From contig LSRY02000008.1 of NCBI GenBank assembly GCA_001643675.2, forward strand, positions 1,898,415-1,962,414: a stretch of 64,000 bases of DNA, read 5' to 3'. Within the stretch, counting starts at the first letter, position 1, and each line of letters starts with the position of its first letter. Below the pieces are notes generated by a model. It saw only the letters and a list, made by a program, of their open reading frames with translations, made no database searches and was not told the DNA's origin. The translations under genes and the position numbers were made by a program. Below are positions 61,201 to 64,000 of the stretch, piece by piece. The stretch is from Monocercomonoides exilis PA203. Its lineage: Eukaryota; Protista; Preaxostyla.

Positions 61201-64000
61201 GACATGACCGAAACAAGATTTAACATTGCTTTTCCTTTTCCTTCACTTTTCAAAGAAATTCCATTTATTCAAGGGGATTGGCAGGATATGTTGCAATCCA
61301 GGTGCTGAATGATGAATCAATGCATTGTCGATAATTTCTCCCTCTTATTATCTCATGCTCATCATGAGCACCAGACAGCGGCCATAAAGTTAGAAATCAA
61401 TTTCTTTTCTGCTCATTTGGCACACAAATAACAAGAATTGGCAAGGTTGTTGAGCTGCCCCACAAACAATCCCCTGTCCCCATTTCTCTTCCAGCCTCTG
61501 CCCTTTCAACCAAAAACATCAAATTGAATCCTCTTTCATTCATCAAACTCTCTAATCTGTTATGGCAAATGATCAAAGTTTAATGATAAAAAGCCGTTCA
61601 ACAGAGTGAGAAATCAAGACGTCAAACATTCCAGCTGGGATGGGTGAATTATTTCCAGAGATATGGCAGATGAGACAGCAACAATTTTATTTTGAGGGAA
61701 GCTGGAATTATTCATTTTGATTGATGGAATGGTGTGAGGATGCAACATTTTCAATGTGAATGTGAAATTTTTAATGTATGTATTTTTATTTTTCTGTTGA
61801 TTGTGAAGATATTATCATCTGTATCCTCTCCAAAGTCGTGATTCAGACGATTTATAAAAATGGACAATTTATTCCATGCAGAGGAGAACAGCAATGAAGC
61901 GAGACAAATGCTATCTTACAAATATATTATAAGAGCCTGAATATATTTTATCATAAATGTATGTGACTTATTTTGGACTCAACATGCGCGATGGATAGAA
62001 ATACGATGAAAATGAGTTTTGATGGAGCAGAAATCAACGGGATTGGAAAATGCCAAAGCTAAAAAGGAAGAATAACCAAATTCAATGAAAAGGGAGCGTT
62101 TTTTAAAAAGAGGAAGAAGACATTTTCATTTTTAAGTTTGTTGGAAAGATTGGGACAAGTGACTGAAACAGGACATTGGAGGCAATTGGAGCAGAACAAG
62201 GTGCCTTTCTTTGGAGAAGAAGGGGAAGACATTGCTTTTATGGACCGAGGAGAGGGGTAGAATGGCACTTGATTGTTTTGCTTGTTTGTCGAAAATTCGA
62301 GAAAAACAGACAGTTTGGCGTAAAACAAGCAGCTTGTGGTGGATAACAGACAAAATAGATTTAAGTCATTTTGCCTTTGCCTTCAGTCTTATATCATAGA
62401 AGGATTTGCAGCTGGAGCAGAGAACGAGATTGCTATTTTGAGGATGTCTTCTTACAGAAGAAAATATCATTCATATGAAAACTCAGCGGCATCTTCTTTA
62501 TCGTCTTTTGCATCTCCTTCATCGTATTCTTCATCTTCACAGACTTTTTCATTTATTGTTATTCTTATTTTTCAGCCTCACAGTTTTCATCATCTTCTTT
62601 GCCTTCTTTGCCTTCTTCGCATCATCATCATCATCATCACCAGCTCCTCCGAATAAAATAATTTCATTTTCTTCTTCAATTTATTCGTCTATGTCTCCTT
62701 CTTCGTTTTTCTCGTCTTCGTCTTCTTTTTCTTTTTTTCACTTGCCATCTTATGAAAATAAAAATGGTTGGAGTTGTTGGAATTTGTGGAATAGAACCGA
62801 AAGTGAGGATTGGACATGGGCAATTTTGAGGGAACAGAAGAGAAGTGGTTTCATTTGCCGTGAGACTGAGAGCAGAGACAGAGAAGGCTGATGTTATGAG
62901 CAGAACAGAGAAATACACACAGAAGAAGAAGAAGAAGAAGAAGAAGAAATGTTGTATACGAAGATTGGTCATATCAATTGGCATAGGTTTGTTCATTATT
63001 ATTAAAAATATGTTTTCGTATTTTATTTTTTATGATGTTTGTATTTTTACAAGAATGCTCGATGGCAATGAATGAACATGGAACATGGAAAGAGGAGATT
63101 AAAAATGCATAAAAGAAGTCTGGATGAAATAAATGAAGGGGCGCATAGAGGAGTGAGCTGGAGGAGAAATGCGAAATGAAATGAAAGAAAGATAATTTTG
63201 AAGGTTTTGGAAGGAGTGCTGGACAAATCTGGTTGAACGCGAAAAAGAGAATGGGAAAATGATGAAAAGACAGAAGATATGCACAAGTAATTGAGAAGAA
63301 GAAAAGAAACTGTGCCTTACAAAGAAGAAAGATGAAAGGAGAAAGGGGTTTTGGTGAAAAACAGAGGAGATTAGCTTTGTGAGAAAGAACACAGATAATT
63401 TGGAGAAAATTCTAAAAGAAGATGGGGATAGATTCCAGAATATTTATCTTTATGGATGGAGATTGCAGTATGTTTTGTTTTTGTTGGAGATGATGGAAGG
63501 GATGAGGAGGAATGGGATGATTCTTTGAGAAAAGTGGGCGAGAGAAAACAAGGGTATGACATTTTTATTAATTATATTATTTGACTATTTTTTATATGAT
63601 TTATTGTTTTTTCTTTTTATTTTGTTTGAACAAAATTGTTTTTGCTGGCGTTTTCGTAAAATTTCAAGGAGTGAAATTACATCAAAATACAGAAAGTGAA
63701 GGTCAATCAGCAGAATCAGTTTGGGAAAGAGCTTTATGGGATCATTAATTATAAAAGGCATTGACAGCGAAGGTCTGTTATAATTTTTTATGAGATTCAT
63801 AACATATGCTGCAGAAAGAGGAAGGAAAAGGGTTGTAGAATAATTTGAGATTTTGATGAAAATTGTATTGAGAGGGATGGTGCAGCCGAGAAGTGGGAGA
63901 GAGGAGGAGGAAGAAGAGGTGGAGAAGGAAGAGAAGAAGGAAGAGCGAAGGAGGAGGGAGTGTATTGGTGAGTGAGTCGAATTTCTCATCTTTTGTGTTT

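Larger units (their letters stand above)
46294..64000. repeat. Palindrome P3: arms ~46294-55081 and ~55256-64000 (at least 8.7 kb each, running off the window), ~175-bp spacer
   Basis: Mirrored ORFs throughout, e.g. 47995..48264/62059..62328, 52058..53338/56997..58274 and 53699..53959/56375..56635. Centre at ctgagtcgagtgat 55061-55074 / atcactcgactcag 55263-55276. Confidence 0.95.

Noticed and set aside
46294-64000. P3 as a pure fold-back read or amplification artefact
   Set aside because: The arms differ by a paralogue-derived tract, and the spacer matches the independent IR1 centre. An artefact is not fully excluded; the many small deletions after ~63200 suggest lower consensus quality there.

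Overview
This is an AT-rich eukaryotic window, most likely from an oxymonad such as Monocercomonoides; that assignment is inferred from the protein family and TE style and is not verified. It is built from three large inverted duplications and one multigene family of Cys/Ser/Gly-rich surface proteins with predicted parallel beta-helix (Pmp/pectin-lyase-like) domains. (1) The only full-length family member (~2854 aa; signal peptide, repeated beta-helix modules, C-terminal TM helix; minus strand, 16267-29534) is split by a complete 4703-bp DIRS1-type tyrosine-recombinase retrotransposon (18841-23543). The element has ITRs, an ICR, gag, RT-RNaseH-methyltransferase and an overlapping YR ORF. Removing it restores the host frame exactly. 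(2) Six truncated copies of the N-terminal module of that gene (one cut by the window edge) sit as head-to-head or tail-to-tail pairs in palindrome arms. They are patchwork mosaics of one another, with short swapped tracts even between otherwise near-identical arms. This is a candidate cassette/gene-conversion diversification system. (3) The first inverted repeat carries a 5140-bp hAT-like DNA transposon (15-bp TIR, 8-bp TSD) with a nested ~1-kb fold-back element, and the centre of the third palindrome is the matching empty site. No rRNA, tRNA or CRISPR array was recognised.
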